The notes under the pieces were generated by a model. It was not told the DNA's origin. It worked only from the letters and a program-made list of their open reading frames with translations, and did no database searches. Shown here piece after piece: positions 1 through 8,782 of a stretch of DNA of 32,218 nt; the first letter of the stretch is position 1, and each line of letters opens with the position of its first letter. The stretch covers positions 1 through 32,218 of the IMG/VR virus record IMGVR_UViG_3300032305_000597; one strand, written 5' to 3'. This DNA is from a virus. Its lineage: Duplodnaviria; Caudoviricetes. The translations under genes were made by a program, and so were the position numbers.

Positions 1-442
1 CCTTCGATTTCTTGTCCGAAAACAAGGGCATACGAGGATCACTTTCACGAAGGAAATTGTTGTCCACGGATTCCAGTTGAGACTTGTTCTGATTCGCGTA
101 GTATGCTGATCGTTGTTCCAAGAACTCCGACGGGATGCGGCAGAGCAACAAACCACCCACCTCAATGTTGCCTTTAAAGCGACCTTCGGTAGTAGCGTGC
201 ATCATGAGCTCAGGATAATCCTCTGCTTTGCAGGGCTCGTATCCTTCGCGAAGCTTCGAAGAAATATTTGATGGGTCTGCTGCCCCCAAAATACCGGTGC
301 GAATCCAGCGATGAGTCCAGCCTGAGCGGGGCTCCGGGCTAGGTAGAGTTTCGGGCGGACGCCACGCCGTTGGGCGTTGCGAAACCGTGCGATCTTCTAA
401 TTCACGGGCCAGTCGGTTTTGTTTAGTAGCGTTTTCCATCAT
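1..442 (-). CDS. Conserved phage head-region hypothetical protein, partial (runs off the left edge)
   Basis: Not in the ORF track because it is truncated. Hand translation from ATG at 442 (overlapping the TGA of the upstream gene) gives MMENATKQNRLARELEDR...WRPPETLPSPEPRSGWTHRWIRTG...KLREGYEPCKAEDYPEL...IEVGGLLLCRIP..., open to position 1. It lies downstream of the scaffold-like gene. Confidence 0.8.
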   Translation of the reverse strand, partial: MMENATKQNRLARELEDRTVSQRPTAWRPPETLPSPEPRSGWTHRWIRTGILGAADPSNISSKLREGYEPCKAEDYPELMMHATTEGRFKGNIEVGGLLLCRIPSEFLEQRSAYYANQNKSQLESVDNNFLRESDPRMPLFSDKKSK

Positions 443-1431
443 TCACCTCTTTTCAGCAAAGCAACCTGTTTAGCGTATTGTTCGATTGGAACCCCAAGAC
501 GGCGAGCGATCGCGGCTTCGGATGCCTTCAATTTAATACGATTAGGCGGTGTGCTACGTGAGGCCGGAGCCACAACAGTAGCGGATTTTGTTGCACGGCG
601 GGGAGTTTCCTCTTCAGCCGGTTCTGATACTTTTCTTGGAGGAGTATCGTCGTCCTCATAGCTCTGCTCACTATCAAAGTGCTCAGGAAATCGTTTGCGC
701 ATCGTTTTGTCGATGGTTTGGAAGTACTCTTCAGTACCTACATAGTTCGCACCATACTCCTTTGCGAGCTTCTTGTCAAGCCCCATAGCAGTCATAGTCA
801 TTTCTTCGTCTACGCCCCACCAGTCAGCGTTCTTATCTACCCACTTTTTAGTGCGAGGAGACATCTGGGGTTGGCTGTCCTGAACTTGCTGTGCGGTTTG
901 GAAGTTATCCTTCTCTTCCACCTCGATCGGCCTCATGTTCTGAGCCTTCTCGATCTTCAACGTAGCACGAGCAATTTCAGCTTGGGCATCGGCGAGCGCG
1001 TCTACATCGCCCGACTCATAGGCTTCCTTGTACCTCTTCTTAGCGGACACCAGCTCAATATCCGCAGTCGACTTAGACTGCTCGATATAGGCTTGGCTAC
1101 CCGTAGCAAGCTGTTGTTGGAGGCGTTTGTTTTCCTCAAAGACCTGTTTAGCGTAATGCTCAGCGGCCTGACGCTCACGTTCAGCAGTCTCTTTGGCGCG
1201 GCGTTCATCGTGATAGCCACGAGTAAACTTCTTGATACGCGCTTGGACCTTCTCATCGTATGAGCTCAGCTCATCGTCTGTTGGGTCTTCAGGGGGTGGC
1301 GCGGCTTTGCGGCCACGATCTTCCTCTGGGGTGTCGTCTTCAATCTCTACTTCAAACTTATCGTCTTCAGCAGCAGCTTTCTCGTCAGGAAACTTGAACT
1401 CTTCTACGCCTTTAAATTCGGGTAATGGCAT
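439..1431 (-). CDS. Putative capsid scaffolding/assembly protein
   Basis: 330 aa with a very acidic N-terminus, a long coiled-coil stretch and a basic C-terminal tail (ARRLGVPIEQYAKQ). It lies downstream of the portal and has an AAGGAG RBS. Function is inferred from composition and position. Confidence 0.6.
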   Translation of the reverse strand: MPLPEFKGVEEFKFPDEKAAAEDDKFEVEIEDDTPEEDRGRKAAPPPEDPTDDELSSYDEKVQARIKKFTRGYHDERRAKETAERERQAAEHYAKQVFEENKRLQQQLATGSQAYIEQSKSTADIELVSAKKRYKEAYESGDVDALADAQAEIARATLKIEKAQNMRPIEVEEKDNFQTAQQVQDSQPQMSPRTKKWVDKNADWWGVDEEMTMTAMGLDKKLAKEYGANYVGTEEYFQTIDKTMRKRFPEHFDSEQSYEDDDTPPRKVSEPAEEETPRRATKSATVVAPASRSTPPNRIKLKASEAAIARRLGVPIEQYAKQVALLKRGE

Positions 1432-1441
1432 GATTTACTCC

Positions 1442-1855
1442 TTATGATGCACGTGTAATACCACGGGGGTCTTCCACAACTGCTTCAACCGAGTCATCGT
1501 TGATGATACGGAATTCACGGCCATGGATTTTCAGACGGGTGCCTGAATTGGGTCGGACGATGACAAAGTCACCTTCCTTGCATGACGGACCAGACGGGAA
1601 GCGAGTCACGTCTTTATATGCGTCAGGGCCAAGTTTAATTACGAACAACACTGAAGTCAGGACTTCTTCGTAGTGCATAGCTTGGCTAGATTTGATGATG
1701 CCTACTTCGCTGTCGGCGTACTCCTCCATAGCCTCGGGGACTACACAAAGTACGTGAAAGCGTTTAGGGTCAGGCAGTTGCTTCGCCTTATCCTCCGCGG
1801 GTTTGTTCAACAGACCAGATAGGTCCACTGCACTCGCTAGATTAAGTTCACTCAT
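1442..1855 (-). CDS. GroES/Cpn10-like co-chaperonin
   Basis: The pattern VIKLGPDAY...CKEGDFVIVRPNSGTRLKIHGREFRIINDDSVEAVV matches the Cpn10 beta-barrel. Start taken at MSELNL (1855), overlapping the upstream gene end. Confidence 0.75.
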   Translation of the reverse strand: MSELNLASAVDLSGLLNKPAEDKAKQLPDPKRFHVLCVVPEAMEEYADSEVGIIKSSQAMHYEEVLTSVLFVIKLGPDAYKDVTRFPSGPSCKEGDFVIVRPNSGTRLKIHGREFRIINDDSVEAVVEDPRGITRAS

Positions 1856-2045
1856 CAGATTGCTCCATTCGTTGCACAAGGTCTTTGACAATGGTTTCTG
1901 CGTGAGTCAGACCTCGGATGACCCCACAGACGTGACGATATTCGTCGAACGTTTTGGCACCTCCTCCTGAGAGGAAGGAATTCTGATCGTTACGGAGCTT
2001 GTCGATCTCCTTGGCGATGTAAGCAAGCACTCGGCTGTTGTCCAA
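1848..2045 (-). CDS. Small hypothetical protein (65 aa) between portal and GroES-like gene
   Basis: TTG start with an AAGGAG RBS, tightly packed with its neighbours; contains an EYRHVCGVIRGL helix. Confidence 0.75.
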   Translation of the reverse strand: MDNSRVLAYIAKEIDKLRNDQNSFLSGGGAKTFDEYRHVCGVIRGLTHAETIVKDLVQRMEQSDE

Positions 2046-2048
2046 CTT

Positions 2049-4505
2049 TTACTCCTTGCGATCGCGTGGTGTGCGATTCTGTTGAGCACGTTGCTGCTGC
2101 ATCTGAGCGCGATGTTTGGCAGCGTCGATGCCCATGCGTGTACCTTCAAGCTCAACCTGTTTGGCCAACTTGTCCTTGGCGGCTGCGGCGGTAGCAGCCA
2201 CCTGCATGCCAGCAATCTCTTTCTGCGCCATGATGCGAGACTTCTCGATCTCCAGCTGGTCTGCTTTGGCAGCAGCGTCGAGCTGTTGCTTCTGCGCCTT
2301 GAGCTGCAACTCCTGCATCTTGATCTGGAGTTCTTGCTGTTGCATTTGTACAACAGGGTCCTGAGCTTGCTGCTCTGCTTGCTTGGCCGCAGCTTCCTGC
2401 TTGTTCTGCTGCAAGAGCTGTTGTGACGCCTGAGCTGCCATCATGGCAATTTGGTCGGCCTGCTCTGTAGTCAACTGTTTCTGGTTTTCTTCGCTCGGCA
2501 GCACCATACCCATCTTCTCTTCAATCTGACGACGGTACTCAAACGCGACGTGCTCGTTGATATGGGCCATCATCGCTGACTGAATCATCTGAGCTTGTGG
2601 GTTCTGGCCAACAATCTGCATGATCTTGGGGTCTTGCATCGCAGACATGTGTACACCCAAGTGAGCTTGATGGTTCTGTTCCATGAACGCCTTCACAGGC
2701 TTGCCAGTCAACAGGTTCTGGTTCTCCTGCACGGGGTCCGTAGGCATCTGGTCATCTTCAACTGGCACCAACTTGTTGGCGTTCTTCACCCCCAACACCT
2801 CAATCATTTGGCGGTGCAATAGCGGCAAGTTGTACAACTGAGGAGCTGACTGGGCCAGCTGCAACACGGCTTGGTACTGTACAACCTTCTGCGCCATGGT
2901 TGCGGCGTTAGGGTCAGACACAGGAATCACGTCCACCATGTCGTAGTCAGCACGCTTGATGGAGCGGCTACCTTCTTCTGGCTCGTATGCGTAACTTTCT
3001 GGTGTGTAGTCGGCGATGATGACCTTAAGGAGCTTGAACTCCTGTTTCATCGCATAGTGCAAGCGGGCCTGCACAGCTGACATCACCTTCAGCGTACGCT
3101 CTAGCAGAGCAAGTGTCGTACCCACTGGGGCTTGGCTGCTCATATCAGACACGTTCATATCACCGGACGATGCGAAGGCGCGGCCCTCAGACACGATCTG
3201 ATTGAACAAGCTGAACAAAACCTGTGATGGCTCCTTGTACGGCAGAGGTAGGATGTTGTCGCGGATACTGCCGCTAGGCACGTCTACGTCGCGGAACTCA
3301 CCCGGTGAGATTGGGGTGTCGTCGCCTTTAATTCGCAGTCCGCGAGACTTAAGACCCCCCGGAAGGTTGGAGAGCGTACCAGCATCGACGAGCTGACGAA
3401 TGAGCATCGTGGCGCTCTTAGCGTATCCACCAATGAGGTGAATGAGTCCGTAGCCATAAAAACCGAACCCCGGAATGTATTGGTAATGCACAAAGTGCTG
3501 GCGCTTGAGTTTGAGCGGGTCGTCTTCATACCAATTCCTACGGATAGCCAAGATTTTACGTGAGCCCTTCTCCAGAGTCACCACGTATGGCAGAGCAATC
3601 CCAGTCTCTTCACCGTCTTCTTTGTCCTCGAACCCTTCCAAGTCGAGCATGACGTGCATCTCAAGCAGGCGATAGCGGTCGTCCTGAATCGCAGACATGC
3701 CGTTTTCTTCAGCCTTCTGCTTCTCCACATCGTCCAGCTCAACTACTGGCTCACCCAGTTCACAGTCCAAGTAGAACCCAGCATGCTGTAGCTTCTTGAG
3801 TTCATTCTCTGTCTTACGCATCACATGGGTGACGCGCTCTGAGTCCTCGATGTTCGACGCACCATAAGGTACAACTATATCTTCAGCAGGAATAAACGTA
3901 GCTACTTGGCGACCCTTACTTGGGTCGTAGTACACCTTCTTGAACGCAGAGCCCGCTAAGGGTAGTGACCACAACATCTTCTCGTGCTCGGAGCGATACT
4001 CAGTCATCACCTCCGTCAGTTGGTAGTTCATGTCCTCGCGCACGCGGGCAGCTGCTTCTTCGCGGAGCAGGTCGATCGCGCCAACAATCTGGGTTTTCAC
4101 AGGCCCCATCGCTGGGAACGTCTCCATCATGGACTCTGACTGGAAGCGCACAACGGATTCCGTCAACATCGGGTGAAACACACCACATGCGCCTTGCCAT
4201 GGTTCTGTCCTATCCTCGTACTTCAAACCTAACAGTTTGATACCGTCCACATACGTCTGAATCCACTCGCGACGATCACCAGTATCTTTATCAAAGTCAC
4301 CCACCAACTCTTCGCCCAAAGACTGCAAGTCCTTGTCGTCCATGAACTCTGCAAGGTTGGCGTCAAACTCGTCTTCAGTACCCTCGATCTCAACTACATC
4401 TAGTTCTTCACCGTCAATCGGCTCCAACTCAATGTCGATCTCGATGTCTGGCTGCATCTCCAAATCGGATAAGCCTTGTGGCGCTGCGTATAAACCTTTT
4501 TCCAT
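2049..4505 (-). CDS. Portal protein (P22-like podovirus type)
   Basis: 818 aa directly downstream of TerL. Motifs include GSAFKKVYYD, FYGYGLIHLIG and LVDAGTLSNLPGG, with a Q-rich coiled-coil C-terminus. Confidence 0.88.
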   Translation of the reverse strand: MEKGLYAAPQGLSDLEMQPDIEIDIELEPIDGEELDVVEIEGTEDEFDANLAEFMDDKDLQSLGEELVGDFDKDTGDRREWIQTYVDGIKLLGLKYEDRTEPWQGACGVFHPMLTESVVRFQSESMMETFPAMGPVKTQIVGAIDLLREEAAARVREDMNYQLTEVMTEYRSEHEKMLWSLPLAGSAFKKVYYDPSKGRQVATFIPAEDIVVPYGASNIEDSERVTHVMRKTENELKKLQHAGFYLDCELGEPVVELDDVEKQKAEENGMSAIQDDRYRLLEMHVMLDLEGFEDKEDGEETGIALPYVVTLEKGSRKILAIRRNWYEDDPLKLKRQHFVHYQYIPGFGFYGYGLIHLIGGYAKSATMLIRQLVDAGTLSNLPGGLKSRGLRIKGDDTPISPGEFRDVDVPSGSIRDNILPLPYKEPSQVLFSLFNQIVSEGRAFASSGDMNVSDMSSQAPVGTTLALLERTLKVMSAVQARLHYAMKQEFKLLKVIIADYTPESYAYEPEEGSRSIKRADYDMVDVIPVSDPNAATMAQKVVQYQAVLQLAQSAPQLYNLPLLHRQMIEVLGVKNANKLVPVEDDQMPTDPVQENQNLLTGKPVKAFMEQNHQAHLGVHMSAMQDPKIMQIVGQNPQAQMIQSAMMAHINEHVAFEYRRQIEEKMGMVLPSEENQKQLTTEQADQIAMMAAQASQQLLQQNKQEAAAKQAEQQAQDPVVQMQQQELQIKMQELQLKAQKQQLDAAAKADQLEIEKSRIMAQKEIAGMQVAATAAAAKDKLAKQVELEGTRMGIDAAKHRAQMQQQRAQQNRTPRDRKE

Positions 4506-4514
4506 GTCGTGTCC

Positions 4515-6056
4515 TTACACTGTGTAGTACCGCTCTTTACTGCGGCTTCGAAACCATTGAATGTCTTCGGCCTCGTCTGTTGGCAGACGCAAGAACCCAC
4601 CTGCGCGAAAGCGCATCAACGCTAAAGTTGTGGCATCCACCAAGTCATCGTGCTCGCCTGATGGAAACGCAGCAATCTCGTCCACGAGCTCTTCAGCCCA
4701 ACGGGTTTTAGGTACCCATACTTTCCCAGACGCAATTATGTCCGAGACTGAGTTCAAACGGGCAATTTTGTCCTGACCTTTACTCGGCGTGTACTCCTGC
4801 ACTGGGATACCCATCGCCCGCAGTTCATAGATCAATGGCGCACCAGACGCCTTCTTCTCTATAAGAACACCATCGGGTTCGTACTCGGTGTACTCCTTGA
4901 GTACGTCCTTCTTTAGCTCCGGATACTCCACCCGTTTCTTATACGTGTTGAGAAGAATGATGTTCTTGGTGTTGTCTTTGTAATGAGTAAAAACTCCCCA
5001 CGTCGTCCCTGCTGAATAGTCAGCCCGTTGATTCTTTTCAAACGCTGTGTCCCATGTCTGGAGGATGTACTCGCACTCAGGAGGCTCATCTTCTTCCCAC
5101 CACTGCCACCAATCCCGCTTGACGATAGCCGACTCGTTACCTACGGGGTTCTGTTGGTACTGTGCCTGCCACTTGGCGTTCGGCAGTTCCTCCTGTAGCG
5201 CAGTAAGCTCCTCCATCGACCAGAACTCTGGCCATAAGGGTTTACCCGAAGGTAGAATAGCGGGGAACTCAATCACTTTCCACTGCTCACCACCCCGTTG
5301 CGCAGCTGCTTTGAGCACCTGACCTGTCAAATCTCGCAGTGCCCAGCGCGTCATCACGATTACAATCGCCCCGCCCGGCTGCAAACGCTGACGAGGACCT
5401 GACGTATACCACTCCGTGACCTTGTCGAACACATCCGAGTTGGTTGCGGCCATCGCCGCCTCTTGTTCTGAGTGTGGATCGTCAATAATCAGTAGGTCCG
5501 CACCCTTTCCCGTGACCGTACCACCCACACCAATCGCAAAATAGTCACCATTCTTGCTGGTGTTCCACCGGCCAGCCGCTTTTGAGTCCGCCCGCAGCTC
5601 CAAACTGGGGAAAAGGTCCTTGTAGACCTCCGAATCCACCAGATTTCGCACTTTTCGACCAAAACCAACCGCCAATTCAGCAGTATTTGAGCTCTGGATC
5701 ACCTTTTTATGCGGAAAACGGCCTAGAAACCAAGCGGGCAGCAAGTAACTCGCAAACTCTGACTTCGTATGACGCGGTGGCATGTTAATGATGAGGCGTT
5801 TACACGTCCCATTGGCCACTTCTTCGAACGCCTTGGCCATAATCTTGTGGTGACGCCCGCCTATGAACGTCGGCCAGACCTTATCTACGAACCCCATGAA
5901 CGTTTCGCGGGCCCGCTGCTTCTCAAACAGCTCATCCCGCTTGTCTAAGTCCGCCAACACCACAGCTTTCTGGGCATCCGTCAACTTCCCGAGGTTCGCT
6001 ATAAGCGATTTCAGCTCAGCGTCCATCTCCAGATGAGTTGTTTCACGCCGAGTCAT
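4515..6056 (-). CDS. terL: Terminase large subunit
   Basis: Walker A-like LIINMPPRHTKS, Walker B LLIIDDPH, coupling motif VMTRW, and nuclease acidic residues (QTWDTA, HDDLVDATT). Confidence 0.95.
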   Translation of the reverse strand: MTRRETTHLEMDAELKSLIANLGKLTDAQKAVVLADLDKRDELFEKQRARETFMGFVDKVWPTFIGGRHHKIMAKAFEEVANGTCKRLIINMPPRHTKSEFASYLLPAWFLGRFPHKKVIQSSNTAELAVGFGRKVRNLVDSEVYKDLFPSLELRADSKAAGRWNTSKNGDYFAIGVGGTVTGKGADLLIIDDPHSEQEAAMAATNSDVFDKVTEWYTSGPRQRLQPGGAIVIVMTRWALRDLTGQVLKAAAQRGGEQWKVIEFPAILPSGKPLWPEFWSMEELTALQEELPNAKWQAQYQQNPVGNESAIVKRDWWQWWEEDEPPECEYILQTWDTAFEKNQRADYSAGTTWGVFTHYKDNTKNIILLNTYKKRVEYPELKKDVLKEYTEYEPDGVLIEKKASGAPLIYELRAMGIPVQEYTPSKGQDKIARLNSVSDIIASGKVWVPKTRWAEELVDEIAAFPSGEHDDLVDATTLALMRFRAGGFLRLPTDEAEDIQWFRSRSKERYYTV

Positions 6057-6819
6057 GGTTTTCCTGAGCGGGCGTGGCGGGATAGGTGAGCAAATCTACC
6101 GTCGGAATGACAGGCACCTCCTCAACTACGTCGGGGCCAAACTCTGCATCCAAGTCAATGTCAATTGGAGTCACATCTGTAACCCCCTGCGCCATCAGCA
6201 TCTTGCGCACCTTGTCTTTGATCGCCGCGTCTAAATCGGACACGTTGTTGTATGTCACAGTAATCTCGGTCTTCTCGGAGAACAGGCCCACATCGCTGAT
6301 CTTGCCCAACATCTCTGTGGCCTTGATCTCAATGCGTGGGTCACCGCACGACGCCAAGTCCAGTAACTTGTTAGTAACTACTAACCTAAGCTGCGCCGCG
6401 TCTGCCACATACTCATTGTCGTATTCACGCAACATATTGCTTATACGGTCTGCTACGGGCAAGCTGTACAACGTGGGCGGATTTACTGTTGATGAGCTTG
6501 GTTGTGTAGTAACGTGAATCTTGCGGGGCCTGCCACGCCCGCGTTTCTCCGGCTCTTTGGGTGCTGGGGCGTCAGGTTTCATAGCCTGCTTGTATTGAGA
6601 CTCGATCAACGAGCTGAAGTCTTTGAAAATCTGGTCCGCGTGGTCTTGGGCTTCGGGTGCCTCGCCCGCTTCAGCGCCTAGCCCTTTTAGCAGCTCAGCT
6701 GTGTTTGCTGCAATCTGCATGTTCTCGCGCAAAGTCGAGGCCACCTCCGGTGTAAGGTCAGCCGGATACGGAATGGTCTTATCAATTTCGATATGTAATG
6801 TCATGGAGGAAGAAGGCAC
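6043..6819 (-). CDS. Putative terminase small subunit / DNA-binding packaging protein (true start may be ATG 6804)
   Basis: Immediately upstream of and overlapping terL. Contains a helical IKATEMLGK...VGLFSEK segment typical of small-terminase C-terminal regions and an AT-hook-like KRGRGRPRK. Confidence 0.65.
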   Translation of the reverse strand: MPSSSMTLHIEIDKTIPYPADLTPEVASTLRENMQIAANTAELLKGLGAEAGEAPEAQDHADQIFKDFSSLIESQYKQAMKPDAPAPKEPEKRGRGRPRKIHVTTQPSSSTVNPPTLYSLPVADRISNMLREYDNEYVADAAQLRLVVTNKLLDLASCGDPRIEIKATEMLGKISDVGLFSEKTEITVTYNNVSDLDAAIKDKVRKMLMAQGVTDVTPIDIDLDAEFGPDVVEEVPVIPTVDLLTYPATPAQENHDSA

Positions 6820-6837
6820 TCCAAAAAGAATAGCGCG

Positions 6838-6867
6838 ACTGTAGCAGAAATACTACGGGGTGTGCAA
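6838..6867 (-). promoter_or_regulatory. Possible sigma70-type promoter for the packaging/structural operon
   Basis: The minus strand reads TTGCAC-18 bp-TACAGT with an extended -10 TG (TGcTACAGT), just upstream of the GGAG RBS of the terS-like gene. Confidence 0.4.
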
Positions 6868-7157
6868 GAGGAGGTTGGGACTCCTACCCGGGGGCCTGCG
6901 GCAGGCTGGCGTTAGCGCAAACTTCTCCAAAATTTTAGATACCCCCCGGGGGGTCACGATTAAAAAGAGAAGGGGGGTGTTTTTAAATTGTTCTCATCCA
7001 ATGTGCAAAACACTGTGTGTGGTGTGCGGGTCCCCTCCGACGCGTACTTGGGGGGTGCCCGTACGGTGGGGGTCGAGATTTTTACTTTTACCAAGCCCGT
7101 AGTCGGCGGAGAAAGCGAAATTTTTTTTGTTCAGCCATGATCGCGTGAGGCAAAGCG

Positions 7158-7232
7158 GGCGTGGCCATATCGTCGCGCCCTGCGTAGGCGTGGCCACGTG
7201 ATCGCGCCCTGCTATACATTGGCTATACATTG
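7158..7232 (+). repeat. Direct repeats in the divergence region
   Basis: GGCGTGGCCA-N5-TCGCGCCCTGC at 7158-7183 and 7187-7212, then tandem GCTATACATTG x2 at 7211-7232. Confidence 0.85.
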
Positions 7233-7308
7233 TTGTGCGGTTTCCACCCATTATTTACCATGAGCGTATAGTTATAAACATGGAAGCAAGGCAGACACCT
7301 TGCGACCT

Positions 7309-7336
7309 GAGAAATCCGACAGATGTCGGATTGTTC
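7309..7336. repeat. Palindromic box copy 1 (variant with 2-bp centre)
   Basis: GAGAAAT-CCGACA-GA-TGTCGG-ATTGTTC, upstream of the RBS and ATG 7370. Confidence 0.85.
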
Positions 7337-7369
7337 GGCAATCATGCCAATCCTTTATTGGAGAATCAA

Positions 7370-8137
7370 ATGTCAAAAGCAAATCAAGCGGTCGCGCCCG
7401 TTCAAAGCGCAATCCCTGCAACTACCTTGGAGGTTGTTTGCGGTAAGTCTTTGGTCGAAGCTCAGGCTTCGCTCGAAGAAATTTTCTTGTCAACTGCCAA
7501 TGCTGAAAAGCAAATGGTGCGTGGCGAGGAAGCTCGTGACGCGGCTGACGCGTTGTTGTTGGACTGGGTGACACAATGGCATGAGGTCGATGGCAAGTTG
7601 GTCAAGATGCGCGCGCCTAAGCTGGACTCACTCGGCAACCCTGTGTTGCAAGACAATAAACCTGTGATGGTTTACGTGCCGATCTCTTACCCTGAGTACA
7701 AACAAGTGCTCGCGTGGGGTGTCGCTAAGTACTATGACGCGGGTGCGCCAACTGTTGACGCGGCTGAGCGTCAAGTGCAACGCCAATTTCAGCGCCTGCT
7801 GACCTTGGATTGGGTTCGACCTACTGCCAAAAATGCTGACGCTGAGCGCGTGGCAAAGCGGCGTGCGGCTGAGGCGGCTAAGTTCGCTGAAAAGTCTGAC
7901 GGCGAGTTGGCTGAGCAAAAAGCTGAGTTACTCGCGAAGGGTGACACCAAGTCGATTGCTCAGGCTCAGGCGGTGGCAAAAGAAATTGAGCGCCGCGAAA
8001 AGCCACAGATCGACGCGGCTCAATCTGCCCGCGTTGCGGTTCGTGACAAACTGATTGCCCGCGCGAAGGACTTGTGCAAAGCGGCAACCGCTGACGCTGA
8101 CGAAAAGTTGATTGCGGCTCTGCAAGCGCTTAGCTAA
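7370..8137 (+). CDS. Early hypothetical protein, Ala/Lys-rich helical (255 aa)
   Basis: ATG 7370 preceded by CTTTATTGGAGA RBS (the ORF-track start at 7235 is probably too early). First gene of the plus-strand block, followed by a terminator. Confidence 0.85.
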   Translation: MSKANQAVAPVQSAIPATTLEVVCGKSLVEAQASLEEIFLSTANAEKQMVRGEEARDAADALLLDWVTQWHEVDGKLVKMRAPKLDSLGNPVLQDNKPVMVYVPISYPEYKQVLAWGVAKYYDAGAPTVDAAERQVQRQFQRLLTLDWVRPTAKNADAERVAKRRAAEAAKFAEKSDGELAEQKAELLAKGDTKSIAQAQAVAKEIERREKPQIDAAQSARVAVRDKLIARAKDLCKAATADADEKLIAALQALS

Positions 8138-8148
8138 TCTGTAACCCT

Positions 8149-8184
8149 GCCCGCCGTGTTATGAGCATGGCGGGCTTTTTCTTT
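8149..8184 (+). terminator. Rho-independent terminator
   Basis: GCCCGCC...GGCGGGC stem followed by TTTTTCTTT, just after the stop at 8137. Confidence 0.8.
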
Positions 8185-8196
8185 ATTGGAGTTCCT

Positions 8197-8355
8197 ATGT
8201 CTTCTCGTTCTCTTGTGTTTATCGCGGGCTTCTTCGCCATGGTTATGTCCGTGCTCTGCGCCGTGGCTGGCGTGCTTTTGCCCGTCTGTCTGATTTACTT
8301 TGGTGTTTCGTTGCTGGTCATGATCGCGGTCTATCACGATCGTGACTTTGATTAA
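8197..8355 (+). CDS. Small membrane protein (52 aa, two hydrophobic segments)
   Basis: CTTTATTGGAG RBS and ATG 8197; MSSRSLVFIAGFFAMVMSVLCAVAGVLLPVCLIYFGVSLLVMIAVYHDRDFD. Confidence 0.7.
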   Translation: MSSRSLVFIAGFFAMVMSVLCAVAGVLLPVCLIYFGVSLLVMIAVYHDRDFD

Positions 8356-8359
8356 CCAT

Positions 8360-8379
8360 GCCCGCTTTGGCGGGCTTTT
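8360..8379 (+). terminator. Rho-independent terminator
   Basis: GCCCGC-TTTG-GCGGGC-TTTT directly after the stop at 8355. Confidence 0.7.
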
Positions 8380-8533
8380 GAAACCAGTCACCTGTGTTGA
8401 TACCAGTGGTGTCGTCAAGAAACGGGTTAGTCTTAGGAACGGGCTAGTCCTCGTTAGCGTGGCGGGCGGTGAACGGCGTCGCACACTAGGTTCTTATTAG
8501 ATACCAGTCACCAGAAGGAACGGGGTAGGACCC

Positions 8534-8562
8534 GAACAAACCGACAACGTGTCGGATTATTC
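8534..8562. repeat. Palindromic box copy 2
   Basis: GAACAAA-CCGACA-ACG-TGTCGG-ATTATTC in the long non-coding region. Confidence 0.9.
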
Positions 8563-8782
8563 TATTCTTTGTTATAGATTGATGCTCAAGGCCGCGTCGC
8601 CCGCCCACCAAGTGCGGGCGTGGTCAAGTTTAGATGCGGTAGGCATCGACTGTTGTATCTTAGCAACGCTAAATGTTATAAAACCCCCTTCATAACATAG
8701 GCTTGCTGTTGATTTCAACCCAGAGTCGATGAAACTACGAGTTAGTTTATCAAATAAAAGCCTCTCTTTTTTAAGCACTTCC

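Noticed and set aside
2049-2460. Gln/Ala-rich repeats at the portal C-terminus
   Set aside because: This is an ordinary coiled-coil barrel region of P22-like portals, not a separate repeat element.
419-6844. Plus-strand ORFs over the packaging genes (e.g. 679-1263, 2082-2426, 6086-6517)
   Set aside because: These are antisense shadows of well-supported minus-strand genes, with no RBS or recognisable motifs.
7235-7369. N-terminal extensions in the ORF track (7235, 10448, 11086, 15032, 16122, 19130, 22640, 26112)
   Set aside because: They run through boxes, promoters, structured leaders or upstream genes. Downstream starts have clear RBSs or stop-start coupling.
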